This document shows, in pieces, positions 48,907 through 59,700 of a DNA stretch of 64,000 nucleotides (position 1 is its first letter; each line of letters starts with the position of its first letter). The stretch lies in assembly GCA_000934665.2 (NCBI GenBank), contig KZ538489.1:1-64000 (forward strand), read 5' to 3'. A program made the translations under genes and the position numbers. The DNA is from Catajapyx aquilonaris. Lineage: Eukaryota. The notes under the pieces were generated by a model. It saw only the letters and a list, made by a program, of their open reading frames with translations, had not been told where the DNA came from and made no database searches.

Positions 48907-49172
48907 GGGCGGCATGGTGGTCTAGCGGTTACGCCGCTGGCCAGCCAAGCGGGAGGCCGGGGTTCAAATCCCGTCCCCGTCACCTCTGCTTGGCCGGGTC
49001 TTTTTCCGCTTTTCACCCGACATGCCGGAGCAGAATTGCACTCCCTTCTCTGCTCGGGGCCAGGAGAAAAGGCCTGGTGTTAAAGAATGTCAGAAATGGC
49101 TATCGCACGGCGCCCTCCCTTGGGAACTTCCCCTTCCCCCCTAAGAGGGCCACGAGCTCTATCACGGGGTAA

Positions 49173-49226
<54 letters not shown>
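48907..49226 (+). mobile_element. SINE family C with a 53-nt poly(A) tail
   Basis: Matches the 47952 copy; uninterrupted A run 49174-49226; flanking AAGAATAAATAA duplication. Confidence 0.9.
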
Positions 49227-49228
<2 letters not shown>

Positions 49229-49553
49229 ATAAATAAAATAAAAAAGATATGCTCCTCTGCCCGAGTTGATGTTCTGCAAAGGAGAGATGGGCAGAGCTGA
49301 TGGATCAGTCACTCTTGGTCTAGATTTGAAATCTAATACAGACTTGGTATCATACAAGGGTTGGGCCTCCTACTTTGTTTAAATTGCCAGAGGTTACAAA
49401 TCCATCAACTCTCCCCCACATATCCTCTGTGGATAATCAACTTGGACTGAAAAACACTACATGATTCGGCTGGGCAGTAACAGTGCACACGACAATGCGG
49501 CCGAGTGAAAACCTTCCAGGGCCAATATACTGAATAATAAATACAGTGGAGGA

Positions 49554-49888
49554 GGGGAGGCGGAGTGGTGCTGCGGTAACGCACGCGCCCACGGATGTTA
49601 AGGTCCCGGGTTCGATCCCAGCCCGGGGACACCCCCTTCATCTCGTGCAGAGTTCATTGGGTCACCTCTGGCTTCGTCTCGGGTGGTATTTCCTACAGAC
49701 TAAACCACCCGGGGGAGTTCACTAAAAATGGCCACATAAAGACATTGCACTGCACCTTGCACATCCCCTCCTGTCATCCTGCCCGTGGGCCCGGGCGTTA
49801 CGTATAAAGGTTCCAATATATGTACGAGACATAAATAAAGGTCCGTGCTATATACCTCAGATGAGGTCAAGCACTACCCGGATTATTT

Positions 49889-49948
<60 letters not shown>
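49554..49948 (+). mobile_element. SINE family A, full length, with A-run and (TA)n tail
   Basis: GGGGAGGCGGAGTGGTGCTGCGGT A box, GGTTCGATCCC B box; TSD ACAGTGGAGGA, which is the tip of a Tigger-like MITE fragment. Confidence 0.9.
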
Positions 49949-49955
<7 letters not shown>

Positions 49956-50079
49956 GTGGAGGATCAATTATCCGAATACCGATCAACCGAAGCACATTAT
50001 TCTCCAACAAGTCTGAATCAAGTGCAACCAGGGTATAGCAGGGACCATGGCCTCAGAATACTAAGGTCTGGTCACTCCC

Positions 50080-50290
50080 TCTTATCACCTGACGGGGCGT
50101 TTTGCGGGAGGTGCTCACTTGAGAGCGCCTGTCATTGATGTGAATACATGTGGTGACCCTACCGGACAGCGCTGAACTCACATAGAAGACCTAAGTTCAG
50201 CTCTGTCTGGTAGGGTCGCCAAATGTATTCACATCAATGACAGGCACTCTCAAGTGAGCACCTCCCGCAAAACGCCCCATCAGACGATAA
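50080..50290. repeat. ~210-bp palindrome (MITE-like)
   Basis: GGGGCGTTTTGCGGGAGGTGCTCACTTGAGAG ... CTCTCAAGTGAGCACCTCCCGCAAAACGCCCC. Confidence 0.85.
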
Positions 50291-50535
50291 GAACTGATTA
50301 TAAGGGGAGTGTCTGGGGGCTGGCAGGGACTATAGGGTATAGCACCTGCTTATAGAATGGGGCACATGGTTAAGGGCACAACAAGCTACAGAAAAATAAC
50401 TGCTATCAGGCGATATCAGTTATCAAAAAGTGACCCACGAATTTGGAACACCCTGTACATGCCCAAAAATGATGTTAATCAAATCACTCATAACTCCAAT
50501 GTGATGGTTCTGTGGCATAAGTATCCCCCCATTAT

Positions 50536-50876
50536 GGGGAGGCATGGTGGGCGAGTTGGTAAAGACTCGGCTTGCTGAGTGAAAGGTCTCGGGTTCGATC
50601 CCCACCCAGGAGTTCCCTTTTGCATGCACCAAGAGGGTCTCTGATTGGAGGCGTCTGGCAACATAACCTCCAGGGAGACTGCACATGACCCATTTTCCGA
50701 CATTGCACTTGCACCTGTGTCTCTCCTCCTCGAAAAATCCCCATCCCTACCTCATGTCCTTTCTTCCCTGCATGGAGTTTGAAGAAAATATAAAAAACTG
50801 AATGGAAAACATGGTGGTGTTCCACCCCCTTAAGAGGGCCCCTGCTCCTAGCATGGGGTAATACAAAAAACGAAAA
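50536..50876 (+). mobile_element. SINE family B, full length
   Basis: A/B-box head, A-rich tail, 17-bp TSD AAGTATCCCCCCATTAT. Confidence 0.9.
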
Positions 50877-51336
50877 AAGTATCCCCCCATTATATTCAAG
50901 TTTGGTTCAAAGATTTTCCATGTGTAGCCTACTGAAGTGTAATTTTTAACAGGGGCAATTTTTATCCACTTAAATTACTAATATATTAGTGATGTATTAC
51001 TGCTTATTACTTCCTTGTAGATGATCACTGACTGGACTTAAAAGTTTGCAAAAGGTTTTTATCTCTCTCTTGTGAAAATACAAGAATTAAGTAAGAGCAA
51101 CAAGTAATGTTGAAGTCTTCACATTAACTATTTATAGTAACGGCTAATAATAATCCCATGATAGGACGTGAGGTTCTTATTTACCTGATTTTGTTACAAT
51201 CACCACCATATTGCAGGTGATTTTGAAAGTGGGAGAACACAGAGCTGACGCCCCAAGCAGAAACCCAGTATGTGTGGTTTTTATCATTTCGAGATAAGCG
51301 CATTTGAAGTTTTCACTTTCCATTGAAAAGGATATA

Positions 51337-51769
51337 CAGTGGAGCATCGATTATCCGAACAGAGTCTGACCAGGGGGTGTTCGGATAACTGATTGTTCGG
51401 ATAACCTATCATTTACGGGGGGAAATTGTACCGGTGTCATAGGAGCAATATAAAACTAAGAAACAGTGATATTAACCACAACACTGTATATTTTCTGTCA
51501 CAGGCACATCTTAAAAATACTGTACATATACCTTACTGTCCTTACATGAAGTAGTCCTACAGTTTAGGGGGAAAAAAGGCCAATTTCTTTTTCTTGAGAG
51601 CCGAGGCTGTTGCCAGGGAGGGGGAAATAGCTGCAGCGCCACAGCACTAGCGGCCACTAGTGGAACCACATAGTGTTTTTTTTGTTTTGTTTTGTTTTTT
51701 GCCGACCCGAAAACGTTCGGCTAACTGATGGTTCGGTTGATCGGTGTTCGGATATTCAATGCTCCATTG
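51337..51769. mobile_element. Tigger/pogo-like MITE
   Basis: TA|CAGTGGAGCATCGATTATCCGAAC ... GTTCGGATATTCAATGCTCCATTG|TA. Confidence 0.8.
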
Positions 51770-52632
51770 TACATACATGGTTTTTGCACATACATGGTTT
51801 TTTCTTGGGGCGTCAGAGGGGAACCCTGAGAAAATCCACAAGGAAAATAGACAGAACCTAGTCAAAATCTTGCTCACATGAGAAAGTCCTTTCATGAGCT
51901 GAGAATGATCTTAGGACCTCTCAGTTGGTATGGCAACATCCTAAACCCCTACATTATTGTACCACTCTTAAAGTATATGATATGCATCAATAATCAAAAT
52001 CCTCTCCATTACATTCAGTGTGCGTATGTTTAACTTTCAAGGGTTTGGCGAGACAGTAAAATCAAGTACCAGTAGTGTTTGGCATATCTACTCGTACTTG
52101 AGGGAAGCAAGCAGGGCACACACTTCAGTTTTGGAACTGTCATCATGTTTGACATACTTCCCATGTAGAGCAGCCTTTAATAGTGCATATTCATGTCAGT
52201 CTAATGGAGCAAAATTGGAAGTGTATTTAGAAAGAGACTTTAATGTTGTCTGTCAATTCTTGTAAGACCTCATACAGCCTTACTGCATGCAAGTTTGAGA
52301 ATGGCAAACACCAATATGTTCATGAGAGATTCCAAGTCAGCCAGCAGTGTAAGAGTGATGCATTTATCATCACAAATCAAATCCACCAATCCGCCTGTTT
52401 GGACACTAGTGTTGTTGATGGGTGTACCAGGACCACCAGTCTTATGATGACTGATTGAGTCATTTGCATGTGTACACCCGTGTACACCTCACTCATCAAC
52501 AACACTTTTCACCCTGCACTATCATCAGTCAGCTGTGAATTTCACAAACTGACAGGGCTCCCTTAATCGTAAGAAATTTAATGATTATGTGCTGCTCCAG
52601 CCCCCTGACACATCCATCCTATCCCTGTGTTG

Positions 52633-53208
52633 ACGGTAGTGTAATATAAAAGTCTCCACCATGTGGGGAATTTGGCGCTGGTGGGCCTCCGCAGCCGGCT
52701 ACTGGGGGGTCGGTTCGGGTTGGCCGCTTTCAGAACCAACCCAAACCATCCTTTCCTCGGAGGGTGTTTGCAGATTAGGATTCGGGTGGCTGGCAGCGGC
52801 AGCCAGCTGTGAGGGCGCGCCGGCGCCAAATTCCCCACATGGAGGGAGGCGGAGTGGTGCTGCGGTAACGTATGCGCCCACGGATGTTAAAGTCCCGGGT
52901 TCGAATCCAACTCGGAGTTCCCCCCTTCATCTCGTGCAGAGTTGGGGCATCTCTGGCTTCATCTCGGGTGGAAATTTCCACAAGACTAATCCACCTGGGG
53001 GAGTTCACAAAATGACCAATAAACCACATTGTACTTGCACTTTGCACATCCCCTTCACCTTACTCTTGGAACAATTAAATATAAATATTATATATGGTTC
53101 CAATAAATGGTGGTATTCCACCCCCCCTATGAGGGCCTACAGCCCTAGCACAGGGTACAAAAATAAATAAATCCCCGCATGGAGGAGACTTTTATATTAA
53201 ACTACCGT
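52633..53208. mobile_element. Palindromic MITE with a family A SINE (~52846-53168, +) in its right arm
   Basis: ACGGTAGTGTAATATAAAAGTCTCC / GGAGACTTTTATATTAAACTACCGT TIRs; SINE flanked by AAATTCCCCACATGGAGG / AAATCCCCGCATGGAGG. Confidence 0.8.
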
Positions 53209-53864
53209 ATCGTATTTGTCAGGGGGCAGTGCTGCTCTAACTGGCAACCAAGCTCATAATTACCATCCTGCTTCATGGCATTTACTCATTCATAAACAGC
53301 AATCAAACATAGGGCAGCTTGTCTCCAGGAGTCCCATGACCAACATGGTGTATTATCACCTCGAGAACAAGATAAGTCAGTGGGGAAAAAAATTATGTTG
53401 TGAAACTTTTCAGTCTATTCCAGCAACTGACACAAGCTATGTTGGTTAAAATAGTCACCTACTACTTGGCATAATCCTGATATGCATCTGTAGATGATGT
53501 AGTGCAGTAACAGCATTCTTCAATGGGAGAGCAGATAATGCCACAATATTAATTTTTGACAGTCAAAAAACACTGCCATGGAATCACTATTAATTTCATT
53601 TTATAAATTAATATTTCCATTTCCCTTCTCTAAGTTTTGCCATAAAAAAACAACCCATTAAAATCTTGCAATGAACAAGTATACATTTTCAACTACTCAA
53701 AAGGGAAGTATATTTGGTAATCCCACAAATTTTGAGATATGCAAAAATTCTTTGTCCATTGATATATTAGATCATCCATTCCTGCAATGCCCCTGGGCCC
53801 CCATAGGAGCTGTCACTTTAACATAAATCCCCTAAAAATGGGCTCAATCACAACTTGTGGCATC

Positions 53865-54060
53865 GAGCAATGGAGTGGGGACACAAGTCTAGTGTTTATG
53901 CCATTGGCCAACCAAGAGAGAAGTCTTGGATTCAAATCCCATCCCTGTCATCTTTGCTTGGTTGGGTCTTTTATTCACTTTTCTACTCACCTATCAGGGC
54001 AGAGTTTCACTCCCTTCTCAGCCTGGGGCCAAAAGAAAAGGTGTGGATTTTGAAATGACT
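53865..54060 (+). mobile_element. Old, diverged SINE family C copy
   Basis: GGATTCAAATCCC B box and ...CACTCCCTTCTCAGCCTGGGGCCAAAAGAAAAGG match 47952/48907. Confidence 0.6.
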
Positions 54061-54170
54061 CGATAACTATTGTCGGGACTACGAGGTTGTGATCGACATT
54101 TGTCCCTCTTGCCTTTGACTTGATTGCCGCCTAGTGGTGAGAACTTTGTATAAAAGGAAGGGGAGTTGAG

Positions 54171-54225
<55 letters not shown>

Positions 54226-54290
54226 TCTCTCTATCTCTCTCTCTCTATCTCTCTATCTCTCTCTCTCTATCTCTCTATATCTCTCTCTCT
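54171..54290. repeat. (CT)n microsatellite
   Basis: Seen directly; occasional CTAT interruptions. Confidence 0.95.
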
Positions 54291-54554
54291 ATTTCTGCTC
54301 TCCTCTCTCTGTTCACTCCTGAAGCAATACACTAATTTCACCTCCTATTGGACTCTTATTCCCACACCCTGTGAGCTAGGCTGGTCAGGGGTTAGGTCAC
54401 AGGTCCTGACACTATGAACAGAGTGCCAAAGATGCACATTTCTTCTCATATGCAGGCTTCTTACAACTTTCTAGGTTGAAATTACCCTAATTGATCTTGG
54501 AACTTTTGCCTTCATTGTGGAGATAATGGCTTGTTAAGTTTTGAATTGCCTTAA

Positions 54555-55241
54555 AGGTGCGTTCACATATACGCCACTAAACACTTGCGAGCTTTTTTCA
54601 GGTTTTGCTTTTTCACGTCTTTTACGTCACGAATCGAGCGAATTTTTGGAAAATTATCTGGGCATTTTCGTATCCGCTATTCGAGAAAACTTACTCGCTA
54701 GTTATGGAGCATGCGCTGTGCAGCAGCGCAGGTAGGAGGGAGGACGGGGTCGGGGTTGGTGTGGGCAGGGGGAGGTCTTGGCTTAGAAAGATGGCGGAGC
54801 CCTGTGCTGTGGAGGCAGCCGGCATGGCAGTGAAAATGCTGCTGAACCGACCTCGGAAGGGCGTCCAGGTCACAGTGCACCAAGGGGGGCAAGAGCTGGA
54901 CATGGTGCGGAGCCTGGCCGGGGCGGGAGTTTGCGACAAAAAAATAGGTAACTTCCGAGCTCGGGCATCCGCATTCCTAACATGGCCGAGGAAGGCCGAC
55001 AAATCCGCGTAGCGGAGCTGGGTGGCTCGAACCAGTTCTAAAATTCGCTCGCGTCAAAAAAACGCTTCTATCTGGCCCTGCCAGAGGAGCGCGATTTTTA
55101 GTTTAGTCCCGTGAGTGACCAAAATTAGCTCGCGTCTAGGAGAAAAACGCCGATATGTGAATGCCTTTGGCCAGACGCGAATTCGCTGAAAGCTGAAATT
55201 CGCTCGCTTTTGAGCAAAAACGCCTATATGTGAACGCACCT
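54555..55241. mobile_element. PIF/Harbinger-type non-autonomous element nested in an older inverted-repeat element (~54423-55430)
   Basis: TAA|AGGTGCGTTCACATATA ... TATATGTGAACGCACCT|TAA; outer arms GTGCCAAAG...TAAGTTTTGAATTGCCTTA / TAAGGCAATTCAAAACTTA...CTTTGGCAC. Confidence 0.8.
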
Positions 55242-56777
55242 TAACATGATGGAGCTAGGGCTCATCCTGCACAATTGTTGACCTGCTATGTGGTATGCAG
55301 GTTGACCCCCATCACCAGCTTGCTAAGGCAATTCAAAACTTAGCAAGTCATTATCTCTGTAATGGAGTTGAATTGTCCATTCAGAAATTAGTAAGAAACC
55401 TAAATCTGAAAAAACATGCACACCTTTGGCACCATCCTGCAGATGAGGGCCCCGCCTAGGAAACATTCCCGGTATTCCAATAATTCAGCATTTGTATGCA
55501 CATGCCAATAATAAAGGTTAGTGTGATATACTCCACAGAAAGGAAAGTGCTACCCAGAAAATTAATTAGGAGTGAAATTGGCCACAGGTATAACTAACCA
55601 CATATGAATAGGTTTTGTGGTCATGTGTATCTCACTGCTAAAATTAAGAAAGTCAGGGTAAATAAAATATTTAGGGGGGGGGGGATAAAGAGAATTTGGA
55701 AGTAAAATTCTCACTAACTAACAACAGCAGAACCAAATTTTTGTGTGTGTAAGTGTAACTGACCTCTCCTCTCTCTTACACATGTTTGTAGTACTTTTTT
55801 CCATATTATTAATATAGTATTTTTAAAAGTGATTTGTATGCAGGAGTAATTTACACCGTCGTGAAATTTTAAGTGATGTCGTAACAAGCACCCAAAAATG
55901 TGCAAAAAGTGGGTTCTCCTGTCCAATGAAGCCGATTTTTATGCTTAGCTATAACCTTTCGGCAAATAATAATTTGACTGATTTGAGAACTACTAGCAGT
56001 TGGGAGAACCCTAATTTTCATGGTTTTTATTGTGCCTCGAGGGAATGGTCAACCGTAAACACAACCCTTCTTTTATGTAGGGAGGGTGGGCATCGAGTGT
56101 CTCCTCTTTCGACCAGAGTTGGAACTCGAAGAAGGTACAAATTCTCTTGCTCCCCAATACTAGCAATAAACTAGCAGAGGATTTATGTGCATTAAAATAA
56201 ACTTTGATGGCCCCTAGGGCCTCGAGGGACTGTGACATGAATGGTCTAAATCATTGGACTCAGCATTTGTGCTCTTTCACGTCAACTACATTTGAATTAA
56301 AAGTAATGGGGTCACTAAATGTCCTCCCCTTATCACTGGGATTATTAAATAGCCCTTACTGAGGACGACAAAACAAAGACAAAGAAATCCAAATGTAATT
56401 AACTGCATATCGAGAACAAAAAAATACCAATAAGGCAGCAATATTATTATATTATTCTCATGACAGGATCCATGATGCGGGGGAAACAATGGAGAGAAAA
56501 AAACAACTTTGGAACCAATCCATTAACATTTTAGGGAACCAAATTGAAAGTAGATTGGTTGGATGTTGATGTTCACATCATCTCATTGCTAAACCCATCT
56601 CATAGGTCCAGTTGTGGAACTTTACTAGGCTGCTTTTAGTGAAACACAACAATGCCTTTCTGTAAACTGCAAATATAATTTCACAATTTGTTAACCATCA
56701 TTTTTTTTGATAGAATAAGACAGCGTGCTAATAATTTTCAACAAACGTGCCTTCATCACCGTCACCCCTTGAACAGC

Positions 56778-59700
56778 CTAGGTGCTCAGTACCTTCCAGT
56801 CAAATCTGTTGTTGTTTGAGTGGGTGACTGGTGGGCATGGTGGCTCTGCAAGTGTCCAACCAGGTACCTTTCCACTAGTCCCATCACCTCCTGCATCTTC
56901 TAGCTTCTCCACTACAGCCAGGCTGCAGTAGGGAACCCTTTGGATCACCCTTATCAGCTCTGACAGCTTTCTAGGGTCTAGTCCCAGAAGCTGGCGAGTA
57001 CATGTGTCCAAGGAAGCAGCATGACCCACCAAGAGTATGTTGCCTCCTTTAACTCCTTCTCCTTGGGTGGTCTTGATGGCCCCCTGGGCCACATAGGAGC
57101 TGCGAAGGTAGTACTGCTCACAGCTCTCCTTCAGGTCTCGGAGCTCGTCCACAGTCACTAAGGGTTTGTAGGAAGGGTCCACATTGAATCCTGCCTCCTG
57201 CAGCTCAGGGATGGGCATGAACTGTGGGCACGAGTTATGGTACCAACCCATCCACTCAAACAAGCCTGGCTCGATGCAGATCTGAAGTTTGTTTTCCAGG
57301 CCCATGGCTGAAGTTGAAGAGGATATAATAGTTATTTTATACAGTGTCATGCTACTTTTTTTAAGCGTATCTCTTTTAAAATTATTTGATCCAATTACAA
57401 CAACATTCAAGTGCTAATGCTGTAATTTTCTGTAGATATTTAAAAACTGCTCTTTTTTCTACTTGAATTTATACAGCTTAAGATTTCTTGCTGACAATGA
57501 GGCAATGAAAATGGATCGCCGGAGTACTGTGGGTGATCCAAAACAGTGATACCACGCTGAGCCTTAATGGATTTATGAAGGGATCATGATTTGTGGATGT
57601 CGTGGTCGTTCAGGCCCGTGTGACAACAGATCTGTAGAGGGTTCCCAAGATAAATTTTTGTAAATGTTTTCAGAAGCTTTACAAATGTTGTCAAAAGTGT
57701 GCTGTGTCTAATGGAGAGCACTTTGAAAGCGTCTGTTTTGTTGCTTTTATTGTAACATTCACCTAACTTTTTAGACACACCATATGTTCATGACTGTATT
57801 TTGACATAACTGCCAGCTAGTGTGAATATCTCTAATGAGATAATTATATCACATCATTGTACTGTTTTTCAACGCTTTAAAAATGGGTAAACCTATCCCA
57901 TTTACATAATAATTATATTGGTCAGGGATGATCATTCATCTCTGTGAGTTCAGTGCAGTGAGTTACATATATAGCAATGGTAAACTCATGCAATGAGCTT
58001 TCCAAACAAAACTTGAAGGTGAATTCCCAGGGTGCAGTACCACAAAATTTACATGACTGACATGAATGTAAGCTAAATTCCAAAATACACTGTACGAGGG
58101 GTTTTCAAGAAAAGACAGAACTTTTCCTATACAGACTCGATTGCTCAATTTGCAACATTTTAAGCACTGTCCCCTTCAAAGTAGTTCCCGCTACTGGCGA
58201 TATACAGGTTTAAATTTTTTCTTCCATTGTTGGAATGCTTCCTAGAATGCACTTTCTGTGATGGCGCGCAGTGCTCTTGTCGCATTGTCCTGAATCGCCT
58301 CTATGGTTCGAAATGACGTCATTTCAAATTGGTTTTAAGTTTTGAATATAGCAAAAAGTCTGCTGGGGCTAAGTCCGGCCAATAGGGTAGATTGGCACAA
58401 TGGATGTCAGATGTTTTGCCAGATAACTGATGACGAGGTGCGATGTCTGAGCCGGTGCAATGCCGCGGCGCAATATCAAAGTCTGGCTTTCCCACAATTG
58501 AGGCCTTTCATGCGGACAGCATCCCTCAAACGCACTAAAACATTCTGGTACAACACTGTTTATCTGCCAATCTAACAAAATGGTCCAAATTCATAAAGAT
58601 AAATGCCTTTCCAATCCAAAAACACAACCAACATCACCTTGACCTTGGACTGACTGATCTGTGCCTCTTTTGGTCTAGGAGACCATTCCCAAGTATGCTT
58701 GGTAAAGCAATTGAAATGTCTCTGTAAAATGTTTACCTATTTTTTAGGAAAATTTCACACAAACGCGTTGTTTTTCAAGCTCTCGCATTTTAACTTTCTC
58801 ACTAATTCGACGAACAGCTCGTCCAAGTGCTCACTTAAGTGGATGTATCTCGATGACCAATGGTCATAGCGGAACATGGCAAATGGAAATTTGTTGTCAA
58901 GACATGTGGCTAGGTGCTGTCAGTAGCTGCAATATGCTCTTTGTGCCGGTTGATGACTATTTAAAAAGTTCGGTATTTTTTTGAACACCTCTCACATATA
59001 TGTAACACCTCCAAGGATTGGTTTTCCCATGCACCATGATAACTGAAGGGTTTGGGAGAAGGTGATAACCCTCAAATGGGTCGTAATTGAGTTATCACCT
59101 TCTTCTCCCGAACCCTTATTATCCCTCTTCCTTTTTTGGACATATGGATAACAATAGGGTTCGGGAGAAGAAGGTGATAACTCAATTACGACCCATTTGA
59201 GGGTTATCACCTTCTTCTCCCAAACCCTTCATTACTGATAAGAGATTGTTCTTGATAATGTTTAACAAAAAAGAAAAAATCTCAACTCTTTACCTACTCC
59301 AAGTTGTGAAATTGTAGGTTTGCAAAGAATGCTAACAAATTAGAAAATAGCGTCAGCATACAAGTGAAACACATTACGTCCAATTTTGGTGGTTTTGACT
59401 TACATCACTAAGTAGCATTTTAAAATGCTCTAACCCTCCATGAAGTCCATTAGTCCTAAATGTTGATAATGAGTCAGGAAGTCAGAATTTTCTGTCTCCT
59501 CTAGCATATAAACAAATGCAAGGTCAAATCTTTGCCGTATTCAAATATCTTGAAACTGTGCGGGGAGACGGAGTGCCCGGGTTCAATCCCCACCCGGGAT
59601 TCCCACCTTCTTTCGTGCAGAGTTGGGCCATCTCTGGCTTCGTTTCGGGTGGCAATTTCCGGCAGACTAAGCCACCCGGGGGAGTTCACAAAATGACGAT

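Noticed and set aside
11858..53168. tRNA genes suggested by A/B boxes and anticodon-like loops
   Set aside because: Each runs into a shared non-tRNA body, a simple-repeat tail and a TSD, so they are SINE heads.
54166..54417. Ser/Leu-repeat ORF
   Set aside because: Translation of the (CT)n microsatellite.
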